Virus record (IMG/VR): IMGVR_UViG_2663762945_000004
Location: 1 to 6,584 of that record
Origin: a virus
Lineage: Duplodnaviria; Heunggongvirae; Uroviricota; Caudoviricetes
DNA: 6,584 bases
Direction: 5' to 3' (one strand)
Position numbers and translations under genes: made by a program. The stretch's first letter is position 1, and every line of letters begins with the position of its first letter. The notes beneath the pieces were generated by a model, which worked only from the letters and a program-made list of their open reading frames with translations, was not told the DNA's origin and made no database searches. This document shows, in pieces, positions 1-5,228 of this stretch.

Positions 1-510
1 ATGCAGCTTAAGCTCCGGATACATAGCGTTAACTTCTGGCATTTTCATCAACGCTTCAACGATATGGCCGTCGAATGTTGCCATGTCTTCCTGCAACAAT
101 TCCTGTGCGCTAATCACCATATCAACAGTGATGTTTTCACATGTGTCGAACTTAACCATGACAGCGTTCTGTACTTCAGGGGCTAGGTTGTCAAAAGTGA
201 CGTTCATCGGATCTGATTCAGTCTCAACCGGGACAAAGGAAGCTGACTCCTCATCCCAGCGGTTTTCCTGCATATATTCAGCATCCCAGGAATCGAGGGC
301 AGGGCGGGGTATACCGGGTTTATCCTCGCAAACAAGAAATTTATAAGCGCAGTCCTGAGCAGCCGGATATTGCTCCAGGAATTGCCAGGTAAATTTGGCA
401 CGGGCGCGGCGTTCGTCGCCAGCTTCAATGGCAGTGGCTACAGCGACTGCACCTTCTTCCTTTATTGCCTGTTCGTCCGGAATAGCGGCGCAAATAAAGA
501 CTTTACTCAT
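1..510 (-). CDS. Hypothetical phage early-left protein, 3'-truncated by the window start (170 codons, no stop in window)
   Basis: Hand translation of the minus strand from ATG at 510-508 (GAGGT about 9 nt upstream) gives an uninterrupted frame to position 1: MSKVFICAAIPDEQAIKEEG...NAMYPELKLH. Absent from the ORF track because it has no stop in the window; the plus-strand ORFs 1..186 and 83..346 are its antisense shadows. No family recognised. Confidence 0.55.
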   Translation of the reverse strand, partial: MSKVFICAAIPDEQAIKEEGAVAVATAIEAGDERRARAKFTWQFLEQYPAAQDCAYKFLVCEDKPGIPRPALDSWDAEYMQENRWDEESASFVPVETESDPMNVTFDNLAPEVQNAVMVKFDTCENITVDMVISAQELLQEDMATFDGHIVEALMKMPEVNAMYPELKLH

Positions 511-589
511 GTTGTTTTAACCTCATTACAGATTTAAGGGTGAACAAATCCCTGCCATTGCTGGCATATAAAATGAAACCGGATATTAA

Positions 590-802
590 TTACGGCGCTG
601 TTTTAAGTCCTGCCGGGATTTCGTTATTATCCATGTGAATAACTTTATCGACCGGATAACAGTTGCCGGGAATTTTCTGTTCCGCTGCGGCAGCCGTGCA
701 TTCTTTCATTGAACCGTAAATGTCAATAACCAGATTAACAGGCTCGCCAGTATTAAGATAAACTGTCAGAGCGAGTGCAAATGCTGTATTCACTGCCAGC
801 AT
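590..802 (-). CDS. Small hypothetical protein (about 70 aa from internal Met; ORF extends to 847)
   Basis: Minus-strand ORF with stop at 590. Hydrophobic N-terminal stretch (MLAVNTAFALALTVYL) from the ATG at 802. Neither candidate start (847 or 802) has a well-spaced Shine-Dalgarno. Start at 802 would overlap the upstream ORF by 13 nt. Confidence 0.25.
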   Translation of the reverse strand: MLAVNTAFALALTVYLNTGEPVNLVIDIYGSMKECTAAAAEQKIPGNCYPVDKVIHMDNNEIPAGLKTAP

Positions 803-978
803 CCTTTTTGCATCAGACGTAAACGGGCCAGCATTGAAACAATGCATATTTGATTTAATAGCTCCCGTTCGTGTTTTCTCTTATTAATAGCATCTTCAGT
901 AAATACAGGGTTACTGATTCTGACACCAATTTCAAAGCAACCTTCAGACGTATTAACGTTTGGTAATAACGTTTCCAT
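790..978 (-). CDS. Small hypothetical protein (62 aa)
   Basis: ATG at 978 preceded by GAGGA with 7-nt spacing; the SD overlaps the TGA stop of the upstream Rha-family gene (989-991), suggesting co-transcription and coupling. No family recognised. Confidence 0.4.
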   Translation of the reverse strand: METLLPNVNTSEGCFEIGVRISNPVFTEDAINKRKHERELLNQICIVSMLARLRLMQKGCWQ

Positions 979-988
979 TATCGCGTCC

Positions 989-1546
989 TCAGCAATGAAT
1001 TTTGAGTAATTGCTCCACAGTCATATTTTTAATTGAGTTCCGGTTAACAAGAGTCCATCCCTGTTTTTCCAGATAAAACCGGAAAGTCTCCAGGGTACAG
1101 ACGAGAGCGCCATCAGGAACGGTTTCGGTGAATCTGATGTTGCCGCGTTCGTCGAAGTGAACAACCAGAGTGCGGCCATCGCCTGAAATTATTTTGTCAG
1201 TGGGTGGGGTGTTATTCTGGCACAGCTCGGCCTCCATGCGATCGAACTCAGCAATGTAGGCTTCTTTAAATGCAGCGGCTTTTTTGCCAGTGAATCCCAT
1301 CACCAGGAAAACGAAGCCGTTTTTGGTGATTTGGTACATTGGGAGTTTGCGTCCGGTTGAGTCGGTGTATTTGCTCGACACAAAATTGTGCTCAGTGAAT
1401 TTTGCTGAACAGTCCAGATTGCGAATTTTATCCAACACTCGTTCGTGGCGTTTGCCAAAGAACTCGGCGATCGCAACAGACGTAGTGACAGCGCGACCAT
1501 TTTCGATGGTTACGTCAGGGTGAGAAAGGGTAAGGGTAGTAGCCAT
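989..1546 (-). CDS. Rha-family phage regulatory protein (pRha domain), possible antirepressor-type regulator
   Basis: Translation from ATG at 1546 (GGAGG SD 7 nt upstream) gives MATTLTLSHPDVTIENGRAVTTSVAIAEFFGKRHERVLDKIRNLDCSAKFTEHNFVSSKYTDSTGRKLPMYQITKNGFVFLVMGF..., which I recognise as an N-terminal Phage_pRha-type domain. The track ORF continues in frame upstream to an ATG at 1843 (AGGTGAG SD), so the true start is ambiguous. I prefer 1546 because the pRha domain is normally N-terminal and the upstream extension contains a terminator-like hairpin. Confidence 0.7.
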   Translation of the reverse strand: MATTLTLSHPDVTIENGRAVTTSVAIAEFFGKRHERVLDKIRNLDCSAKFTEHNFVSSKYTDSTGRKLPMYQITKNGFVFLVMGFTGKKAAAFKEAYIAEFDRMEAELCQNNTPPTDKIISGDGRTLVVHFDERGNIRFTETVPDGALVCTLETFRFYLEKQGWTLVNRNSIKNMTVEQLLKIHC

Positions 1547-1715
1547 GATGGCAGCCTCCGCGATGAATTTGATTAACTCACCACCGAGGTTTTCCACGAC
1601 CATAAGGGTGGTGAGACGTACAGGGGTGGAAATACCGGTCATCACGGAACCCGGCCAGCCTTGCGGCAGCCCTGCACGCCCCACCATAATGCGAATGTGG
1701 CTGTGCTTAACGCAT

Positions 1716-1738
1716 AAAAAAACCGCCTGAGCGCGGTT
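1716..1738 (-). terminator. Putative intrinsic terminator on the minus strand (hairpin plus U-tract)
   Basis: Plus strand reads aaaaaaaccgcctgagcgcggtt. On the minus-strand transcript this is a stem AACCGC / GCGGUU (4 GC + 2 AU pairs) with a 6-nt loop, followed by a run of 7 U. The stem is short, so strength is uncertain. It lies about 170 nt upstream of the Rha start at 1546. Confidence 0.4.
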
Positions 1739-1865
1739 ATGCGCCGTGAATGATTTCGGGTTTCCACGCCCGGCACCCGTTTTATAAGGTGCAGGCGAAC
1801 TATAATTCCACCCGTTCTGGTTTTCAATAGCTACATTCAACATTTTCTCTCACCTTTCATCACCG

Positions 1866-2021
1866 AAGTGAATTTTGTGATGCGGTGCCTGGTGCCTCCA
1901 GGTGACGTTAACCAGTTAACAATTAACGCCGGATACAGAGAACCCACCCATAACACACTGTTTTTGGTTTTAACTGTTCCGCGTGCGCTTAGCCGCATTC
2001 ACCGCATCACAAAATTCACTT
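1866..2021. repeat. Perfect 22-bp inverted repeat (arms 1866-1887 and 2000-2021) flanking a 112-bp spacer
   Basis: Left arm aagtgaattttgtgatgcggtg is the exact reverse complement of right arm caccgcatcacaaaattcactt. The spacer contains a small hairpin (cctgg tgcct ccagg, 1888-1902) and two GTTAAC palindromes. No convincing ORF overlaps it. Confidence 0.85.
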
Positions 2022-2383
2022 TAAAAAGGGCGGCAGAGCAGTCACGGAGTAAAACTGATACCGCCAAACGTCACCAGAAAATTGATAACAGAGGGCGTTG
2101 CAGCGGAGTTGTCACTTAAGCGTATGGTCAACCTGACAACCCGGCGTCCTCAACGGGGGAAGGAATAACCCCGCCATACTTACCGCCGCGCCATTTCGCG
2201 GATTGCCACAACCGGAAGCGCACGGTCGAATTAAATTTAACGACAAAGTACAGAGAGACGAGCTTCTCCGTGCGTTTTCGTGTTATGCCCTGACTTTTCA
2301 GGGATATATCCTTTTCAGTAAACTGTCAGTGCCGGATTCTTATCCGTGTCCGGCGCACGCACTCTACCTCACCTGTGAATAAA

Positions 2384-2758
2384 TTAATGATTAATTGATA
2401 TTTTGTTGTTTGATTCAACTTTCCCATCGGATGTGTGATGCTTTAAATCACAGGAATTAATACTGCTTGCTGTAAAATGATTTTCAAGGGGAGCTATTCG
2501 AATCCCTTTCTTTTTCATTAACAAGCCAAATCCTTTATTAATGATGTCCATTAATTCCAGAAAGTATTTTTCATGTAAATCCTGGTTATCAGAGAGCTGC
2601 TTCTCTTCGTACAGCCCGATAAAGGCTCGGCGTACGTTACCGGATATATTGTCGATGGTTTCTTTTTCTACGGTACTCAGGTCAAGAGTCGCCAGTTGAG
2701 AGCGAACCACATTCGATGCCATTTCCTGGAATGGTACTGGTAAATCTTTAAATTCCAT
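2384..2758 (-). CDS. Hypothetical protein (124 aa from Met at 2758; ORF extends to 2770), unknown function
   Basis: ATG at 2758 has a GAGGT SD with about 6-nt spacing. The alternative ATG at 2770 overlaps the upstream ORF stop by 1 nt (TGATG). Protein MEFKDLPVPFQEMASNVVRSQLATLDLSTVEKETIDNISGNVRRAFIGLYEEK..., no family recognised. The 3' two-thirds (about 2381-2580) is about 30 percent GC by hand count, far below the neighbours. Confidence 0.55.
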   Translation of the reverse strand: MEFKDLPVPFQEMASNVVRSQLATLDLSTVEKETIDNISGNVRRAFIGLYEEKQLSDNQDLHEKYFLELMDIINKGFGLLMKKKGIRIAPLENHFTASSINSCDLKHHTSDGKVESNNKISINH

Positions 2759-2769
2759 CGTCAACCTCA

Positions 2770-2922
2770 TCAGTCGGAGTTTCTTGCTAACCAGCGACGC
2801 GCGCCAGCTTCGGTTTTAAACGTTTTGCTTTTGGTATACGTCATCGCGGTGAACGTACCGTCCTGGTTGGGGAACACGCCACATACCAGAGATTCGCTGT
2901 TGCCAAGATCGATAGTATCCAT
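2770..2922 (-). CDS. Small protein (50 aa from Met at 2922; in-frame ORF extends to 3003), resembles small YdaF/DUF1391-like prophage proteins
   Basis: ATG at 2922 preceded by GAGGT at 4-nt spacing. An upstream in-frame ATG at 3003 also has a GAGG SD, so the start is ambiguous. Sequence MDTIDLGNSESLVCGVFPNQDGTFTAMTYTKSKTFKTEAGARRWLARNSD; the YdaF/DUF1391 resemblance is from memory and unverified. Confidence 0.5.
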   Translation of the reverse strand: MDTIDLGNSESLVCGVFPNQDGTFTAMTYTKSKTFKTEAGARRWLARNSD

Positions 2923-3098
2923 GCTGACCTCATTTCCCCTTAACGCCGGGGTAGCGGAACAAAAACCTGCTGCATAGTTATTAAAGTTGAACCCTGCCGT
3001 CATGTTCTTACGCCTCGGGCTGGCTACTTAACCCCTGACCACTGCCTGGTAACTCGAAGTATTGCCCTGCATTCTGTGGGGCGGGGTGGGTGGCAGGT

Positions 3099-3156
3099 AT
3101 ATAATGTACTTTGTGTTCATTGTTGTAAAGTACATTTAGTACATTTTGTGTGTAAA
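3099..3156 (-). promoter_or_regulatory. Putative leftward early promoter with operator-like repeats (pL/oL analogue)
   Basis: Three copies of the 7-mer ATGTACT or its reverse complement at 3104-3110 (forward), 3129-3135 and 3138-3144 (reverse). A candidate minus-strand sigma70 promoter overlaps them: -35 TTTACA (plus 3129-3124), 17-bp spacer, -10 CATTAT (plus 3106-3101). A plus-strand TATAAT also occurs at 3100-3105. Confidence 0.35.
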
Positions 3157-3219
3157 AAAATGAGATGGGATAAAGTGAAGCACAAACCCGGAGGAAGGCG
3201 CTACCGGATTTATGCTGGT

Positions 3220-3639
3220 TTAAGAGGCTTTTTGTTTTTTCTTTCGTGCTAACTCTTCGTAAATTGCATTGTACTTCTGTTTTTTCTCTTCAAGAGTTTT
3301 TAAAAGTTCATCTGTCTCACTGTCAGGGAGCTCGTCCAGAAGGTCAATGATGATTTTTTGTCTTGGATTTAACTCCTGATAGAAACGTACCTGTCCACTT
3401 TCTTCTGTATCCTCTCCCAAAAGATAGGTTGGTGTTGTTCCTATTAGTGTTGCTAATTCCCTTAATTTCTCCCGGCGAGGAATTGTTTCGCCATTAAACC
3501 ATTTGCTAACCGCTTTTGGTGTTAATTTCATTCGACGGGCAATTTCTGCCTGCCTTCCATGTTGTTCATAACCAGCGTTTTCACAGGCTAGCGCAAGCCT
3601 ACTGGCGAACTCTTTACGCGCTTTATCTTCATGAACCAT
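3220..3639 (-). CDS. Prophage repressor, HTH XRE family (CI-like, 139 aa), no LexA-like S24 peptidase domain
   Basis: ORF-track protein has an N-terminal XRE-type helix-turn-helix (QAEIARRMKLTPKAVSKWFNGETIPRREKLRELATLIGTTPTYLLGED) and a short charged, probably helical C-terminus (EELARKKKQKAS). It is divergent from a Cro-like gene. No SD precedes the ATG, consistent with a leaderless transcript as for lambda cI from pRM. Confidence 0.85.
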   Translation of the reverse strand: MVHEDKARKEFASRLALACENAGYEQHGRQAEIARRMKLTPKAVSKWFNGETIPRREKLRELATLIGTTPTYLLGEDTEESGQVRFYQELNPRQKIIIDLLDELPDSETDELLKTLEEKKQKYNAIYEELARKKKQKAS

Positions 3640-3718
3640 AAGTTCAATGATATTCGCTCTTGAATGTACTGTCAGTTCTGTTATAGCATGTACTCAAAGT
3701 TCACATTGTGAGGGTGAT
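3640..3718. promoter_or_regulatory. Divergent promoter/operator region (pRM-like leftward, pR-like rightward)
   Basis: Two forward ATGTACT copies at 3664-3670 and 3688-3694. Candidate pR: -35 TTGAAT (3660-3665), 16-bp spacer, -10 TATAGC (3682-3687). Candidate pRM on the minus strand: -35 CTGACA (plus 3675-3670), 17-bp spacer, -10 TATCAT (plus 3652-3647), ending about 7 nt before the repressor ATG. An 11-bp perfect palindrome TCACATTGTGA (3701-3711) sits just before the cro-like SD. Confidence 0.45.
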
Positions 3719-3973
3719 ATGAACCAGAAAACACTTGAAGATGTAATCAAAACTGTTCGCGTTGCTGTTGTGGCCGACGTTTGTGGTGTCAGCCAAAGAG
3801 CAATCTATAAATGGATGGATAACGGAAAATTGCCTCGCACAGAATATACCGGCGAAACAAATTACGCTGAAAAAATCGCTCTTGCATCAAACGGATTATT
3901 TTCTGCCGATGCAATTTTAACTATTGGCAGGAATAAAACTACTACGAAAAAGCTGATGGGAGTTGATTCATGA
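3719..3973 (+). CDS. Cro-like HTH regulator, YdaS family (84 aa)
   Basis: ATG at 3719 preceded by GAGGGTG. Protein MNQKTLEDVIKTVRVAVVADVCGVSQRAIYKWMDNGKLPRTEYTGETNYAEKIALASNGLFSADAILTIG... has the Cro/YdaS-type HTH pattern. Divergent from the repressor. Its TGA stop overlaps the next gene start (ATGA at 3970-3973). The track ORF starts upstream at 3647 but lacks an SD there. Confidence 0.8.
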   Translation: MNQKTLEDVIKTVRVAVVADVCGVSQRAIYKWMDNGKLPRTEYTGETNYAEKIALASNGLFSADAILTIGRNKTTTKKLMGVDS

Positions 3974-4395
3974 AAATCAAGCATGAACACATCCGCATGG
4001 CGATGAATGCCTGGGCGCATCCGGACGGCGAAAAAGTACCGGCTGCGAAAATTACCAAAGCGTATTTCGAGCTGGGAATGACGTTCCCGGAACTGTATGA
4101 CGACAGCCATCCGGAAGCCCTGGCTCGCAATACTCAGAAAATTTTCCGCTGGGTGGAGAAAGACACCCCTGATGCGGTTAAAAAAATTCAGGCGTTGTTA
4201 CCAGCTATCGAAAAAGCAATGCCACCTCTGCTGGTGGCCCGAATGCGCAGTCATAGCTCAGCCTATTTTCGGGAACTAGTGGAGACGCGGGAACGACTGG
4301 TGAGAGACGCTGATGATTTTGTCGCAGTGGCGATCGCTGGTTTCAACCAGATGAATCGTGGTGGCCCTGCAGGAAATATTGTGGCTGTGCATTGA
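3970..4395 (+). CDS. ydaT: YdaT-family protein (CII-like regulator; family historically annotated as a putative toxin), 141 aa
   Basis: Protein begins MKIKHEHIRMAMNAWAHPDGEKVPAAKITKAYFELGMTFPELYDDSHPEALARNTQKIFRWVEKD..., which I recognise as the YdaT family of Rac-like prophages. Start overlaps the upstream stop by 4 nt, indicating translational coupling. Confidence 0.78.
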   Translation: MKIKHEHIRMAMNAWAHPDGEKVPAAKITKAYFELGMTFPELYDDSHPEALARNTQKIFRWVEKDTPDAVKKIQALLPAIEKAMPPLLVARMRSHSSAYFRELVETRERLVRDADDFVAVAIAGFNQMNRGGPAGNIVAVH

Positions 4396-4466
4396 CTCGC
4401 AATATTCATACCGGATCGCTTCCGGCAATTTGTGAGTAAAAAGATTCGGTATCAAAAGAGGTGAGT

Positions 4467-5228
4467 ATGGCTAACGCCTGGCTCAGATTATGGCATGACA
4501 TGCCAAATGACCCTAAGTGGCGAACAATTGCCAGGGTGTCAGGGCAGCCAATTGCAACAGTGATGGCAGTGTATATCCACCTCCTGGTGAGCGCGTCACG
4601 AAATGTCACGCGAGGTCACATTGAGGTCACGACAGAAGATTTGGCAAGTGCGCTCGACGTGACAGAAGAGGTAATTGATTCAATTTTGCAGACGATGCAG
4701 GGGCGGGTACTTGATGGTGATTTAATCACTGGATGGGAAAAACGCCAGGTGCTTAAAGAGGACAACGGCAATATTTCGCAAACCGCAAAATCTCCTGCAG
4801 AGCGCAAGAGGGCGCAGCGAGAGAGGGAAAGAAAGCGGGAACAAAATGGCGATTGTCACGGCGCGTCACGAAATGTCACGCATATGTCACGACGAGTCAC
4901 GACAGATAAAGATACAGATAAAGATACAGATCAAGAAGATCAAAACACTATGGTCCATGGCGTAAAAAACGCCACGAACCAGGCAGGGGATGTTCAGACC
5001 GTCAATCTTGGTCAGCCAGCAGGCACGACACCGGAAGCCGATTCAGCGTATGCGCTGAAAGCCGATTCGGGCGCTGTGCAGCAGGTGATGACCGCAAGGC
5101 CGGAGCAATCACACCAACTGCAGCAGCCCGAAGCCGATTCCGCCATTCAGCGGGAAGCCGATCGGGTAGTCCCGGAAAACACCGGGCAGTCTGTGGGACG
5201 AGTGGATTACCGGAACTCGGGCTGGTGA
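4467..5228 (+). CDS. Replication initiator-like protein (lambda O analogue) with iteron arrays inside its coding sequence
   Basis: ATG at 4467 with AGAGGTG upstream (the track starts at GTG 4461). N-terminus MANAWLRLWHDMPNDPKWRTIARVSGQPIATVMAVYIHLLVSASRN... followed by a winged-helix-like segment (TEDLASALDVTEEVIDSILQTMQGRVL). An acidic TDKDTDKDTDQEDQ linker is encoded by a tandem repeat. Two GTCAC iteron arrays lie inside the gene, as the lambda origin lies inside O. The family name is not verified. Confidence 0.65.
   Translation: MANAWLRLWHDMPNDPKWRTIARVSGQPIATVMAVYIHLLVSASRNVTRGHIEVTTEDLASALDVTEEVIDSILQTMQGRVLDGDLITGWEKRQVLKEDNGNISQTAKSPAERKRAQRERERKREQNGDCHGASRNVTHMSRRVTTDKDTDKDTDQEDQNTMVHGVKNATNQAGDVQTVNLGQPAGTTPEADSAYALKADSGAVQQVMTARPEQSHQLQQPEADSAIQREADRVVPENTGQSVGRVDYRNSGW
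4592..4636. repeat. Iteron array 1: four GTCAC(G) direct repeats at 10-11-bp spacing
   Basis: GTCAC begins at 4596, 4606, 4616 and 4627. The units are gtcacgaaat, gtcacgcgag, gtcacattgag and gtcacgacag. Confidence 0.6.
4855..4905. repeat. Iteron array 2: five GTCAC(G) direct repeats at 10-11-bp spacing (candidate replication origin core)
   Basis: GTCAC begins at 4855, 4865, 4875, 4886 and 4896. A 21-bp segment GCGCGTCACGAAATGTCACGC is shared exactly with array 1 (4592-4612 and 4861-4881). The array is immediately followed by an AT-rich tandem repeat. Confidence 0.6.
4902..4940. repeat. Tandem 12-bp repeat (acagataaagat twice, then a degenerate third copy), AT-rich, adjacent to iteron array 2
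   Basis: acagataaagat at 4902-4913 and 4914-4925, then acagatcaagaagat. It encodes the TDKDTDKDTDQEDQ linker and is placed like the AT-rich unwinding region next to the lambda ori iterons. Confidence 0.6.

Noticed and set aside
1-428. Track ORFs 1..186 (+), 83..346 (+) and 204..428 (-)
   Set aside because: All overlap the uninterrupted 170-codon minus-strand ORF 1..510 in other frames. They lack SD sequences and have low-complexity or Ser-rich composition, so they are shadow ORFs.
1284-1827. Track ORFs 1284..1523 (+), 1300..1500 (-), 1545..1730 (+), 1642..1827 (-)
   Set aside because: They are antisense or out of frame with the Rha gene or its leader and have no SD or protein-like features.
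989-1843. The 284-aa extended form of the Rha ORF starting at ATG 1843
   Set aside because: Not fully rejected. I disfavour it because the pRha domain would be internal rather than N-terminal, the extension is Gly/Pro-rich and contains a terminator-like hairpin, and a stronger GGAGG SD precedes the ATG at 1546. The ATG at 1843 does have a reasonable SD, so it remains an alternative.
1868-2119. Plus-strand ORF of 83 aa spanning the inverted repeat
   Set aside because: No SD before the ATG, it runs opposite to all neighbouring genes, and its composition is not protein-like. The region is better explained as structured non-coding DNA.
3004-3219. Possible 33-codon minus-strand ORF (MNTKYIIYLPP...) in the repressor-downstream spacer
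   Set aside because: There is no SD and it overlaps the operator and promoter-like repeats. It is most likely non-coding.
3655-3663. boxA-like sequence CGCTCTTGA suggesting a nut-type antitermination site
   Set aside because: It is a single near-match located upstream of the pR-like start within the operator region, not in a transcribed leader. It is probably coincidental.
3862-4279. Track ORFs 3862..4110 (-), 3942..4130 (-), 4097..4279 (+)
   Set aside because: These are shadow frames inside the well-supported YdaT-family gene.
4409-4427. Small hairpin CCGGA tcgct TCCGG between the YdaT-family gene and the initiator gene, as a possible terminator
   Set aside because: It has only a 5-bp stem and no proper U-tract, so it is too weak to call. 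It could be a minor attenuator at most.
4406-4807. Track ORFs 4406..4609 (-) and 4616..4807 (-)
   Set aside because: They are antisense to the initiator gene and iteron region, and are probably artefacts of the repeat-rich sequence.
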